Assembly: GCA_964609095.1 (NCBI GenBank)
Contig: CAZSQN010000001.1
Coordinates: 130,354-194,353 of the forward strand
DNA length: 64,000 nt
Direction of reading: 5' to 3'
Origin: an uncultured Gammaproteobacteria bacterium
Lineage (GTDB): Bacteria; Patescibacteriota; Patescibacteriia; CAZSQN01
This document shows, one piece after another, positions 48,549-57,346 of this stretch (its first letter is position 1; each line of letters begins with the position of its first letter). The notes under the pieces were generated by a model, which searched no databases, had not been told where the DNA came from, and worked only from the letters and a program-made list of their open reading frames with translations. Made by a program: the position numbers and the translations under genes.

Positions 48549-48970
48549 TTAAAGTAGAAATAAGCGGCTCATCAAAAATTTCATCCGCCGAAGTATTGAA
48601 GATAATCCGCAGAGCGCTTAAAGCCGCCGGCATAAAAGATGCGTACGTTTCTGTTGCTTTTATCACGTCGGAGGAAATTAAAAAATGGAACCGCCTTTAT
48701 AGAAAGAAGGCAAGAGCAACCGATATCTTGTCTTTTGGTTTTAACCGGGCAATGGGCGATGAAAAAAAATGGAAACGGGCAGGCGAGCTCTTGATCTGCG
48801 AAGCGGCGGCCAAAATTAACGCTAAAGAAAAACGCCATTCGCTTAAAAAAGAAATCGGAACTCTTTTGGTTCACGGCTCCCTGCATCTGGTCGGCTACGA
48901 TCATGAAGGCGAGAGGGAAGCGAAGACGATGTTTGCGTTACAGAACAAAATTATAATGAAACTAAAATGA
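48545..48970 (+). CDS. ybeY: rRNA maturation endoribonuclease YbeY
   Basis: HGSLHLVGYDHE metal-binding motif; 141 aa. Confidence 0.85.
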   Translation: MIKVEISGSSKISSAEVLKIIRRALKAAGIKDAYVSVAFITSEEIKKWNRLYRKKARATDILSFGFNRAMGDEKKWKRAGELLICEAAAKINAKEKRHSLKKEIGTLLVHGSLHLVGYDHEGEREAKTMFALQNKIIMKLK

Positions 48971-48974
48971 AAGT

Positions 48975-49343
48975 ATGAACAGAATGAGAAGGTTTGCGAG
49001 AAGCTTCAGATTTGCTTTTAAGGGTTTGATGACGGTTATAAAAGAAGAGCAGAGTTTTAGAATTCAGCTTTTTTCCGCTTTTGTCGTTTTGATTCTTTCT
49101 TTGGCGTTCCGCATCAGCAAGTGGGAAGCGGTCGCGCTCATTCTTGTTGCTTCTTCGGTACTTGTGTTAGAATTAATCAATAGCACTTTGGAGCGGGTTG
49201 TTGATTATATGAAACCGCGCCTTCATCATTATGTGGAAGCGGTTAAAGACATTATGGCGGCGGCGGTTTTGGTTGCGGCTGCGGCGGCGGCTGCGGTGGG
49301 AATAATTATTTTCTGGCCTTATCTTAAAGAATTGATTAAATAA
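48975..49343 (+). CDS. dgkA: Diacylglycerol/undecaprenol kinase DgkA family
   Basis: 122 aa, 3 TM; ELINSTLERVVDYM and VKDIMAAAVL motifs. Confidence 0.75.
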   Translation: MNRMRRFARSFRFAFKGLMTVIKEEQSFRIQLFSAFVVLILSLAFRISKWEAVALILVASSVLVLELINSTLERVVDYMKPRLHHYVEAVKDIMAAAVLVAAAAAAAVGIIIFWPYLKELIK

Positions 49344-49357
49344 AACACAAAATTGTT

Positions 49358-50602
49358 ATGGCAGGACAAGAATACATTGCCGGAATAGATATAGGATCAA
49401 CAGCGGTACGGATTGCCGTTGGGGTAAGGACGCCCGGATCTGAAAACAAAATGATAAATATAATCGGCCTGACAGAAGTGCCTTCCGAGGGAGTGCATAG
49501 AGGCATCATCAATTCCATTGATGATGTTGTTTCGTCTATTTCTATGTGCCGCGAGCGGCTGGAGAGAATGATCGGCGCTCCGGTAGACAGGGTTTGGGTC
49601 GGAATCTCCGGGCCGCAAATAGTCTCACAGACGTCCCGCGGATTTATTGCCGTGGCCAGAGCCGACGGAGAAATTCAGGAGGAAGACATGGAGCGCGCTA
49701 TTGAAGCGGCCAGGACCGTGCCGACGCAGTCAAATTATGAAATTATTCATGTTTTGCCAAAAAGTTTTACGGTTGACCGGCAGGCAGGCGTAAAAAGTCC
49801 GGTCGGCATGATTGGCACCCGACTTGAAGTTGACGCCGAAATAATTCAGGCGCCCATGGCGCAAAGAAAAAATTTAACCAACGCGATTTATCGGGCGCGT
49901 CTTGATATTGAAGATCTTGTTTACGCCCCTCTGGCCACCTCTGAAGCGGTGGCTAGCGACAGGCAAAAAAAACTCGGAACCGCGATGATAAATATCGGCA
50001 GCGGCACCACCTCGCTGATTGTTTTTGAAGAAGGGGATGTGCTGCATACGGCCGTGCTGCCGCTTGGCTCCGAACATATCACGGCTGATATCGGCATAGG
50101 ACTGCGCACCTCGCCTGATATTGCCGAAGAAATAAAAACAAAATTCGGCACAGCGGCTCCGGCGCAGGTGAATAAAAATGAAGAAATTAATTTGCGGGAT
50201 GTTGGCGCAAGTGAAGATGAATTTGTCAGCCGCCGGCACGTGGCGGAAATCATTGAAGCGCGAGTTGAAGAAATATATGAAAAGGTGGATAAAGAATTGC
50301 GCCGCATTGACAGAAGCGGCCTCCTTCCGGGGGGCGCGGTTTTAACCGGCGGAGGCAGCAAGCTGCCCGGCATGGTTGATCTGGCCAAAAGGACTTTGCG
50401 GCTGCCGGCTTCCCTTGGTTATCCGGCGGGAATAATGACGGTGACGGAAGCCGTTCACGATCTTTCTTTTTCAACCGCTGTCGGCTTGGTGCTTTGGGGC
50501 GACCGCGTAATAAATACTTCTCCTTCCGGCGGCTCTATGGGCGGCGGGTTTGGAAAAATTGCCAAAGGGCTGGGAAAACTTTTTGGATCGTTTCGGCCGT
50601 AG
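49358..50602 (+). CDS. ftsA: Cell division protein FtsA
   Basis: Actin-fold FtsA (YIAGIDIGSTAVRIAVG N-term, 414 aa); directly upstream of ftsZ. Confidence 0.85.
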   Translation: MAGQEYIAGIDIGSTAVRIAVGVRTPGSENKMINIIGLTEVPSEGVHRGIINSIDDVVSSISMCRERLERMIGAPVDRVWVGISGPQIVSQTSRGFIAVARADGEIQEEDMERAIEAARTVPTQSNYEIIHVLPKSFTVDRQAGVKSPVGMIGTRLEVDAEIIQAPMAQRKNLTNAIYRARLDIEDLVYAPLATSEAVASDRQKKLGTAMINIGSGTTSLIVFEEGDVLHTAVLPLGSEHITADIGIGLRTSPDIAEEIKTKFGTAAPAQVNKNEEINLRDVGASEDEFVSRRHVAEIIEARVEEIYEKVDKELRRIDRSGLLPGGAVLTGGGSKLPGMVDLAKRTLRLPASLGYPAGIMTVTEAVHDLSFSTAVGLVLWGDRVINTSPSGGSMGGGFGKIAKGLGKLFGSFRP

Positions 50603-50696
50603 AAGGCGATTGTCAGGCGGTGAATACTTTTTGTGTTCATCTTGTGGACTGTGCGCGTTGACACGGTTTTTTTAATTTAGGATAATCTAAAGGTCA

Positions 50697-50823
50697 TAAT
50701 TCTTTAATGTAGTTGCGTCCCGATAGTTTTCATCGGGATGCAAAGGAGAGCGAGACGCGCGCGAAAGAGAGGGCGAGCCCGATAAGGGAGAGCCCGAACG
50801 GGAGCGCGTGTCGGAAGCGAGCA
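50697..50823 (+). promoter_or_regulatory. Conserved structured leader motif, copy B (upstream of ftsZ)
   Basis: ataattctttaatgtagttgc + hairpin (tcccgat-agttttc-atcggga) + aaaggagagcgagacgcgcgcgaaagagaggg...cccgaacgggagcgcgtgtcggaagcgagcaATG. Confidence 0.65.
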
Positions 50824-52035
50824 ATGCCCGAAGTCAAACCGGAAATAGAAACGTTTGCAAAAATAAAAGTAGTCGGAGTCGGCGGCTCCGGCGGCTCTGC
50901 CGTAAATCGGATGGTTCAGGCAAAGATACGGGGAGTGGAATTTATTGCCTTAAACACGGATGTGCAAGCCCTGCATTATTCGCACGCGTCAACCAAGCTC
51001 CATATTGGAAAAACTGTAACGCGCGGGCTTGGCGCGGGAATGGACCCCGATCAGGGAAGGCGCGCGGCGGAAGAATCGCAGAACGAAATAAGAGACATAT
51101 TAAAAAGCGCGGATATGGTTTTTGTTACCTGCGGGCTTGGCGGCGGCACAGGGAGCGGCGCGGCTCCGATTGTGGCTGAAGTGGCTAAAGAGAACGGAGC
51201 CCTTGTCGTGGGAGTTGTCACCAAACCGTTTGCTTTTGAGGGAGCGCAAAGGCGCGAGATAGCGGAAAAAGCTCATGATTTGCTTCAAGACAGAGTTGAC
51301 GCGATTATCACCGTGCCCAACGACAGGGTCTTGCAAATTATTGATAAAAAAACAACCTTGCTTGAATCATTCCGCATTGTCGACGATGTTTTGCGCCAAG
51401 GCGTGCAGGGAATTTCGGAATTGATTACCGTTCCCGGTTTAATTAACGTTGACTTTGCCGATGTCAAGGCGATTCTGAAAGATTCCGGTTCGGCTCTGAT
51501 GGGCATTGGCCGCGGCACTGGCGAGAATCGCGCGGTTGAGGCGGCCAAAGCCGCCATTGCTTCGCCGTTGCTCGAGGTTTCTATTGACGGCGCAAAAGGA
51601 ATATTGTTTATCGTGACCGGCGGAACCAACATCGGCATGCATGAAGTTGCCGAAGCGGCAAAAATAGTCACCGGTTCATCCGACTCCAATGCCAAAGTTA
51701 TTTTCGGCACGGTGATTGATGAAAATATGAAGGAAGAAGTCAAGATTACCGTGGTGGCAACCGGTTTTGCCGACGGCAAGCCGGCAAACGCGGCGAGAAG
51801 TTTTGGCAATTATGTACCCACGGCGCTTCTTTCTAAAATGAGAAGCGACGCGAGCGCCGCCCCGGGGCTTTCTCTGGAGGGCTCCGCAAGCGTTGGTAAT
51901 GGGAATGGAAACGGCAATGGAAATGGGAAAAAACTTGAAATAAAAAAATCAATGAGCTCGCTTAAAACAGAATTGCCCAAAACCGAAGTCGAAGATCTTG
52001 AAATTCCGGCTTTTATAAGGAAGAAGATGCTTTAA
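50824..52035 (+). CDS. ftsZ: Cell division protein FtsZ
   Basis: GGGTGSG tubulin signature ([12 protein letters not shown]), start [21 protein letters not shown] at 50824 (ORF track 50713 start lies inside leader motif); GNGNGNGNGNG linker; C-terminal [11 protein letters not shown] FtsA-binding peptide. Confidence 0.93.
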   Translation: MPEVKPEIETFAKIKVVGVGGSGGSAVNRMVQAKIRGVEFIALNTDVQALHYSHASTKLHIGKTVTRGLGAGMDPDQGRRAAEESQNEIRDILKSADMVFVTCGLGGGTGSGAAPIVAEVAKENGALVVGVVTKPFAFEGAQRREIAEKAHDLLQDRVDAIITVPNDRVLQIIDKKTTLLESFRIVDDVLRQGVQGISELITVPGLINVDFADVKAILKDSGSALMGIGRGTGENRAVEAAKAAIASPLLEVSIDGAKGILFIVTGGTNIGMHEVAEAAKIVTGSSDSNAKVIFGTVIDENMKEEVKITVVATGFADGKPANAARSFGNYVPTALLSKMRSDASAAPGLSLEGSASVGNGNGNGNGNGKKLEIKKSMSSLKTELPKTEVEDLEIPAFIRKKML

Positions 52036-52065
52036 AGAATTAATAAGCCGCGTTTATATTTATAT

Positions 52066-52425
52066 ATGGAAAACGATAAGATAATGCAAGATATTCTTGA
52101 GACAGTTATCTTTATAAAAGATAACGCTGTAACTAAAGAGGAATTTGAAACCCGTTTAGGCGGGGTAGAGTCGCGCTTGGATGGCGTAGAAACCCGTTTA
52201 GGCGGGGTTGAACAGAGATTGACCAAAATTGAAGCAATCATGGTTACCAAGGATTATCTTGATGATAAACTTGCAGATTTGAAAGGCGATCTCATCGTTA
52301 AACAACGGAAGATAGAAGACAGGATTAGTGCGCTGGTTTCCATGTTAAGCAACCGTAAGGTTTTGGAGCAAACTGATGTAAAATTATTGACCGATCTTCG
52401 CGTTTTTCCTCATATTACTGATTAA
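52066..52425 (+). CDS. Coiled-coil hypothetical protein (possible division-associated)
   Basis: 119 aa; repeated TRLGGVESRLDGVETRLGGVEQRL heptad-like segments; immediately downstream of ftsZ. Confidence 0.45.
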   Translation: MENDKIMQDILETVIFIKDNAVTKEEFETRLGGVESRLDGVETRLGGVEQRLTKIEAIMVTKDYLDDKLADLKGDLIVKQRKIEDRISALVSMLSNRKVLEQTDVKLLTDLRVFPHITD

Positions 52426-52495
52426 AACCAGTTAGAAAGATTGTTTGTGCCAAAATCCCGTCCAATCGGGGTTTTTGTCTTTATTGCACAAGAGC

Positions 52496-52524
52496 TTGAC
52501 AATCGTGGCTTAAGATGCTATTAT
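52496..52524 (+). promoter_or_regulatory. Consensus sigma70-type promoter TTGACA-N17-TATTAT
   Basis: -35 TTGACA 52496-52501, 17-nt spacer, -10 TATTAT 52519-52524. Confidence 0.7.
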
Positions 52525-52530
52525 TAGCGC

Positions 52531-52771
52531 AATCCGGCACAGTCGCAGGACACAACCGGACAAGAGCTAAGATATAACCATGCGGTTATTATCTGATGCT
52601 CAAGCAATAGTGAATAGTAGCGTTGACTGGCCAAGACGCGCTTGTGTCGAGCCCGGAACATTAAGTTCCGATTGCCCCTCCTGGCTATGCACGCCGAATC
52701 CGCTAATTGCTAAAGGAAAGAAGCTCGGTCGTGTGTTTGGCCCCACCTTTGTTGTGGGGCCACTTTTTTTT
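52531..52771 (+). ncRNA. Candidate small non-coding RNA (about 240 nt), identity unknown
   Basis: Bracketed by the consensus promoter and a strong terminator (tggccccac-ctttgtt-gtggggcca + T8, 52738-52771); only ORF (52580..52801) runs through the terminator; internal stems (ccgg...ccgg, cggaac-atta-gttccg). Confidence 0.45.
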
Positions 52772-52784
52772 ATGTATAATAAAG

Positions 52785-52890
52785 ATAATTCTTTAATGTA
52801 GTTGCATTCGTTGTACGAATGCAAAGCGGAGCGAGACACTCGCGAAAGTGAGGGTAAAACCCGAACGGGAGCGAGTGTCGGAAGCGAGCA
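52785..52890 (+). promoter_or_regulatory. Conserved structured leader motif, copy C (upstream of nrdR)
   Basis: ataattctttaatgtagttgc + hairpin (gcattcg-ttgta-cgaatgc) + aaagcggagcgagacactcgcgaaagtgagggtaaaacccgaacgggagcgagtgtcggaagcgagcaATG. Confidence 0.65.
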
Positions 52891-53346
52891 ATGCACTGTC
52901 CGGTTTGCAACAATAGAGATACCAAAGTCGTAGACAGCCGCATGGGAGGCGACGGCGCGTCAATTAGAAGAAGAAGGGAATGCGAAAAGTGCGGTTTCAG
53001 ATTTTCCACGCTGGAAGAAGTGGAGATTTTTGACCTCGCCATCATTAAACGCGACGGCAGGCGCGAAGCATACAGGAGAGAGAAAATAGAGGCGGGATTG
53101 AAGCTGGCGCTCCAAAAGCGGCCGTACACATCAAGCGACTTTCAGAATTTGGTTGCCGCCATTGAGCGCGATATACAAAAGAAACGTAAAACGGAAATCA
53201 CCTCAAAGGAGATTGGAGAAATCGTTATGCACCGCCTTAAGACATTTGATAAAGTGGCTTATATCAGATTTGCCTCGGTTTACCGCTTGTTTGAAGACGT
53301 AAAAACATTTGAAAAAGAACTTAAAAAACTTAAACATAAAAAATAA
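52891..53346 (+). CDS. nrdR: Transcriptional repressor NrdR
   Basis: MHCPVCNN zinc ribbon plus ATP-cone; 151 aa. Confidence 0.92.
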   Translation: MHCPVCNNRDTKVVDSRMGGDGASIRRRRECEKCGFRFSTLEEVEIFDLAIIKRDGRREAYRREKIEAGLKLALQKRPYTSSDFQNLVAAIERDIQKKRKTEITSKEIGEIVMHRLKTFDKVAYIRFASVYRLFEDVKTFEKELKKLKHKK

Positions 53347-53351
53347 AAATT

Positions 53352-53666
53352 ATGCGGATTGAATCGGAATCAAATGAAAATTCCGCCGAGCTAAAAACAT
53401 TAGTGGTGGAAAATGTAAAATTAACGCGCGATTTGGCGCATTCCATCAAAAAAATAAAAAGATATATGTTTTGGCTTCAGGTGGTCAGCTGGTTTAAATT
53501 TTTAATTTTGGCCGTGCCGTTAGTTTTGGCGGCAATATATTTGCCCCCGCTTTTATCAAATCTGACCAGAACTTACGGCGAACTTTTGGGAAATAAAGAG
53601 GGCGAGGTGAATCTGCAAGAACTTCTTAAATCGCCGGCCGTTCAAGAATTGTTAAAGAAAAAATAG
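53352..53666 (+). CDS. Hypothetical small membrane protein
   Basis: 104 aa; one central TM helix; no known domain. Confidence 0.4.
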   Translation: MRIESESNENSAELKTLVVENVKLTRDLAHSIKKIKRYMFWLQVVSWFKFLILAVPLVLAAIYLPPLLSNLTRTYGELLGNKEGEVNLQELLKSPAVQELLKKK

Positions 53667-53685
53667 CCATTGTGATTTTTAAGAT

Positions 53686-55119
53686 ATGGCCAAACGCACT
53701 AAAATTATTTGCACCATCGGGCCCGCCTCCGAGTCGGCACAAACACTGGAAGCAATGGTTGGCGCGGGCATGAATGCGGCCCGGCTTAACATGAGCCATG
53801 GTTCTTATGAAAACCACGCCAAACTTATTAGAAATCTTCGCGCGGTTTCAAAAAAAACAGGCGAACCATTAGCTATTTTAATGGATCTTCAGGGCCCCAA
53901 GATTCGGGTCGGCAATTTGCCAAAAGAAGGAGTGAAATTGGAAGCCGGCAGAAAAGTGATTTTCACCAACGATATTACTTCGAACGGCGAAGCCAAAGAT
54001 AAGGACAAAATCCCGGTTGCTTATTTGGCTTTGCATAAAGATATAAAAGCCGGCAGCCGCATGCTTTTGGATGATGGTTTGCTTGAGGCGCGGGTATCAG
54101 CCGTAAAAGGAAAAGATATTTATGCGAAAGTGATAATCGGCGGCATGCTTGCCTCGCATAAGGGTTTGAATCTGCCGGATGCGTCAATCAGCATCCCGGC
54201 TATTACCAACAAAGATAAAGAAGACATCAAATTCGGCCTAAATCAAAAAGTTGATTTTATCGCGCTTTCTTTCGTGCGCGAAGCGGATGATGTGCGGCGA
54301 TTGCGCCGGCTTATCTCGTTCAAAGACAAAAGCGAGACGCCGATAAAGATAATCGTGAAGATAGAAAAGCACGAAGCCATTAAAAATTTTGATGAAATTC
54401 TTGAAGAAGCAGACGGGGTGATGGTGGCAAGAGGCGATTTGGCCATAGAGACGCCGGCGGAGCATGTGCCGATTTATCAAAAAGAAATTATTGATAAATG
54501 CCGGCATAAATGCAAACCGGTGATTGTGGCCACGCAAATGCTTGACTCTATGATAAGAAATCCCCGTCCGACAAGGGCCGAGGTGTCTGATGTGGCTAAT
54601 GCGGTCATAGACCACGCCGACGCCGTGATGCTCTCGGGCGAATCTGCCACCGGCAAATATCCGGTGGAGGCGGTAAAAATAATGGCCAAGACAATTGAAG
54701 AAACAGAAAGGTCTAAATATGATGATGTTTCCATCGGCGCTGAGATAAAAGAAGAAACCGGAGATAAAGCGGCGCTAACCGCCATGGCGACTCTTTTAGA
54801 CCAGCTTACCGGAGCTAAAATTATTTTAGGAGCCAGCTGGAGCGGAATTACCGGACAGATGCTCGCTCACTATCGGCCGGAAGTGCCTATTGTCATAGGT
54901 TCTCCAAATGAGCGGGTGGTGCGGCAGCTAAATCTTTCGTGGGGCATCAGGCCGTTTTTTCTTAAACGGGTAAAAAATGTTGACGCGCTTATTGACGGAC
55001 TTTTTTCTTACGTGAAAAAAGCAAAATTGGCAAAAAGGGGAGACCGCGTTATTCTCCTCTCCGGAGAAGCGGTGGGCGCTCCGGGACGCGCAACTCTTGT
55101 TGGGCTGCGACGTTTGTGA
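53686..55119 (+). CDS. pyk: Pyruvate kinase
   Basis: TKIICTIGPAS...MSHGS N-terminus and full PK barrel/C-domain, 477 aa. Confidence 0.92.
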   Translation: MAKRTKIICTIGPASESAQTLEAMVGAGMNAARLNMSHGSYENHAKLIRNLRAVSKKTGEPLAILMDLQGPKIRVGNLPKEGVKLEAGRKVIFTNDITSNGEAKDKDKIPVAYLALHKDIKAGSRMLLDDGLLEARVSAVKGKDIYAKVIIGGMLASHKGLNLPDASISIPAITNKDKEDIKFGLNQKVDFIALSFVREADDVRRLRRLISFKDKSETPIKIIVKIEKHEAIKNFDEILEEADGVMVARGDLAIETPAEHVPIYQKEIIDKCRHKCKPVIVATQMLDSMIRNPRPTRAEVSDVANAVIDHADAVMLSGESATGKYPVEAVKIMAKTIEETERSKYDDVSIGAEIKEETGDKAALTAMATLLDQLTGAKIILGASWSGITGQMLAHYRPEVPIVIGSPNERVVRQLNLSWGIRPFFLKRVKNVDALIDGLFSYVKKAKLAKRGDRVILLSGEAVGAPGRATLVGLRRL

Positions 55120-55163
55120 TAAGGTATTTATGCGGTGACAGCGCTTTTTCTCTGTTAAGCTCT

Positions 55164-55183
55164 AGACCCGCAAGGGTCTTTTT
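55164..55183 (+). terminator. Rho-independent terminator after pyk
   Basis: agaccc-gcaa-gggtct + TTTT. Confidence 0.6.
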
Positions 55184-55216
55184 AAATTTCAAAGAATAGA
55201 AAATTGTCCGCAAAGC

Positions 55217-55291
55217 GGGTCCGTGGTGTAGCCCGGTTAACACGTCTCCCTGTCACGGAGAAGACCGAGGGTTCAAATCCCTTCGGACCCG
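55217..55291 (+). tRNA. tRNA-Asp (GUC)
   Basis: GGGUCCGUGGUGUAGCCCGGUUAACAC...CUGUCAC anticodon loop...GGUUCAAAUCC..CGGACCCG; flanked by an extended inverted repeat (tccgcaaagcg / cgctttgcgga); CCA not encoded. Confidence 0.85.
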
Positions 55292-55322
55292 CTTTGCGGA
55301 GAAGATCATCTCGAATAAAAAT

Positions 55323-55350
55323 AACGGCTTAACGGCCGTTGTTTTATTTT
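55323..55350 (+). terminator. Terminator after tRNA-Asp
   Basis: aacggc-ttaac-ggccgtt followed by T-rich run. Confidence 0.55.
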
Positions 55351-55397
55351 TGTTTTTGTGCTAAAGTTTTGTTGCTCTTTGACAAAGGAGGAAAGGG

Positions 55398-56132
55398 ATG
55401 CTCACGACATTGCTTGTTTTGGGCGGTACCTGTCTTTATTTGCAAATCGGCCGGCTGATGAGCAACAAGGCGTGGGATATTTGGGAAAAGCGAAAGCGGA
55501 CGCTTGGTTCTTTCTTGCTTTTTCCTTTTTCGCATTTGACCGACTCTGTTGGATTCGGTAATAGCGCAGAAACAGAACCTTTTGTTGAAATCCTTGGTTC
55601 AAAAAGGACTTATTTGCTGGCATCTTCCCTTTTTTGGCCCTGGCGGCTTGTTTTGCCGGCGTTGGTTGTGCCTTTTATGGGTTTTAGTTACGTCGTAGGC
55701 AACGCTTACGGGTTGGCAAGCAATAATAAAATTGTCAGGTTTTGTTTTGGCAAAATCGGGCAAGCGCTCCTTGCTTTGGGCGCGCCTATCTACAAGCTTG
55801 GCAAGGCAACGTTTTTGGCTCTTAATGAGCCGGAAGAAGCCATCAAGGGATTAGGAAGAGGAATAAAGTCGGCCGTAAGCTGGCTTAGCGGAGGGAAGGC
55901 CGCTGCTTTGCCGGAGCATGTTTCGGAGGATTCATTGCCGTCAATGCGGGAAGAGCTTTATGGATTGCTGGCGGAAAAAGAAGTTTTGGAGCAAAGGGTT
56001 CAAGAATTGCAAGAGCAAATTTGCGCGGAAGAAGCCAAGCGCATGGGCACCTACCGCGAGCCGCCAAAGCTCATGGATTCCAATCAAGACAATTCCGTTG
56101 CTCTTGGCACAAGTTCGCATGGCCCTGAATAA
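55398..56132 (+). CDS. Hypothetical membrane protein with C-terminal coiled coil
   Basis: 244 aa; RBS aaaggagg; several TM helices then EELYGLLAEKEVLEQRVQELQEQ. Confidence 0.5.
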   Translation: MLTTLLVLGGTCLYLQIGRLMSNKAWDIWEKRKRTLGSFLLFPFSHLTDSVGFGNSAETEPFVEILGSKRTYLLASSLFWPWRLVLPALVVPFMGFSYVVGNAYGLASNNKIVRFCFGKIGQALLALGAPIYKLGKATFLALNEPEEAIKGLGRGIKSAVSWLSGGKAAALPEHVSEDSLPSMREELYGLLAEKEVLEQRVQELQEQICAEEAKRMGTYREPPKLMDSNQDNSVALGTSSHGPE

Positions 56133-56289
56133 GTTCCGATTTGTATTTTACTTTGTTTTGGCGTTATTTGTGCTTGCGTCTTTTTGGTTTTTTGTTGACC
56201 TTGAGGTTGCGGGGAAGTACTTTTGGGCAGCTTATGAAGGCATAAAAGAAGCGTATTTTGAGTATGGTCTTTATCTAAATAATCAGTAA
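56119..56289 (+). CDS. Possible small membrane protein (56 aa)
   Basis: MALNKFRFVFYFVLALFVLASFWFF...; overlaps stop of upstream gene in another frame; followed by terminator. Confidence 0.25.
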   Translation: MALNKFRFVFYFVLALFVLASFWFFVDLEVAGKYFWAAYEGIKEAYFEYGLYLNNQ

Positions 56290-56292
56290 AGC

Positions 56293-56318
56293 AAAGCCGT
56301 TTCCACGGCTTTTTATTT
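56293..56318 (+). terminator. Rho-independent terminator
   Basis: aagccgt-ttcc-acggctt + TTTTATTTT. Confidence 0.65.
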
Positions 56319-56431
56319 TGCCCTTGACGGTTTTGCGGTTGGTGTGTTAAGCTTTTAAATGCGTTTAAAGAGGCGCTTTTTATTTAATCAAAATTGAAAA
56401 TTAGAAATTGGAAATTGTAAATTTGCAGTTT

Positions 56432-56851
56432 ATGCCCACGGTTCATCAGCTTATAAAATACGGACGACGGAGTTTGGTCAAAAAGTCAAAGTCCCCTGCT
56501 TTGCAGTTCACGCTTGATACTATAAAGAGAAAGCGCACCATGCTTTCTTCCGGCAGTCCCTTTAAGCGCGGAGTTTGCGTTAAAGTGACCACCACCACGC
56601 CAAAGAAGCCAAACTCGGCTTTGCGTAAAATCGCCCGCGTGCGTTTGAGCAACGGTTCGGAAGTGACGGCCTACATCCCGGGAGTGGGACACAATTTGCA
56701 GGAACATTCTATTGTGATGATTCGCGGAGGCCGCGTTAAAGATTTGCCGGGTGTTCGCTATCACATTGTGCGCGGCACTTATGACACCCAAGGCGTAGAT
56801 GGCCGTCGCCGCGGCCGTTCGCTCTACGGCGCAAAGAGGCCTAAAAGCTAA
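56432..56851 (+). CDS. rpsL: 30S ribosomal protein S12
   Basis: [13 protein letters not shown]...[23 protein letters not shown] signature; ORF-track start 56408 over-extended. Confidence 0.93.
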   Translation: MPTVHQLIKYGRRSLVKKSKSPALQFTLDTIKRKRTMLSSGSPFKRGVCVKVTTTTPKKPNSALRKIARVRLSNGSEVTAYIPGVGHNLQEHSIVMIRGGRVKDLPGVRYHIVRGTYDTQGVDGRRRGRSLYGAKRPKS

Positions 56852-56875
56852 CAGTTATAAGCTAAAAGCTATCTT

Positions 56876-57343
56876 ATGAGAGGCAAACCAGCCCCAAAAC
56901 GAACTATTCTTCCCGACTCGCGGTTTCACAACATAACCGTGGCTAAACTTGTAAATTACATTATGCGCCGCGGGAAAAAAACCATTGCCGAAAAGGTTGT
57001 TTATCGCGCTTTTGAAGTGATGGCGGACAAGAGCAAAAAAGACCCTCTTGAGATTTTTGATTTGGCTTTGAAAAATGTTATGCCGACGGTTGAGGTCAAA
57101 AGCCGCCGCGTCGGCGGAGCCAATTATCAGATTCCAACTCCGGTGCGCGGAGAGCGCAAATTGGCCCTGGCTTTCCGCTGGATTATTGCCGGCGCCAAAG
57201 CCAAACGCGGAATACCCATGCATCAGAAATTGGCAGATGAATTTCTTCTTGCTTCAAACAACGAAGGCGCCGCCATTAAAAAGAAACTGGATGTTTACAG
57301 AATGGCAGAGGCCAACCGCGCCTTTGCGCACTTCGCAAGATAA
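56876..57343 (+). CDS. rpsG: 30S ribosomal protein S7
   Basis: 155 aa S7 pattern. Confidence 0.92.
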   Translation: MRGKPAPKRTILPDSRFHNITVAKLVNYIMRRGKKTIAEKVVYRAFEVMADKSKKDPLEIFDLALKNVMPTVEVKSRRVGGANYQIPTPVRGERKLALAFRWIIAGAKAKRGIPMHQKLADEFLLASNNEGAAIKKKLDVYRMAEANRAFAHFAR

Positions 57344-57346
57344 AGT

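Noticed and set aside
10891-50823. ORF-track N-terminal extensions for map (10891), aspS (13344), topA (26634), ftsZ (50713), rpsL (56408), rpsJ (61241)
   Set aside because: Extensions overlap terminators, hairpins or the conserved leader and lack homology; internal conserved start codons chosen instead
52531-52771. Assigning the candidate sRNA to RNase P RNA, tmRNA or SRP RNA
   Set aside because: No GGAAAGUCCGG/P4, no tag-peptide reading frame or tRNA-like end, no GGAAGCAGC domain-IV motif
52580-52801. 73-aa ORF within the candidate sRNA
   Set aside because: Reads straight through a strong intrinsic terminator; no RBS
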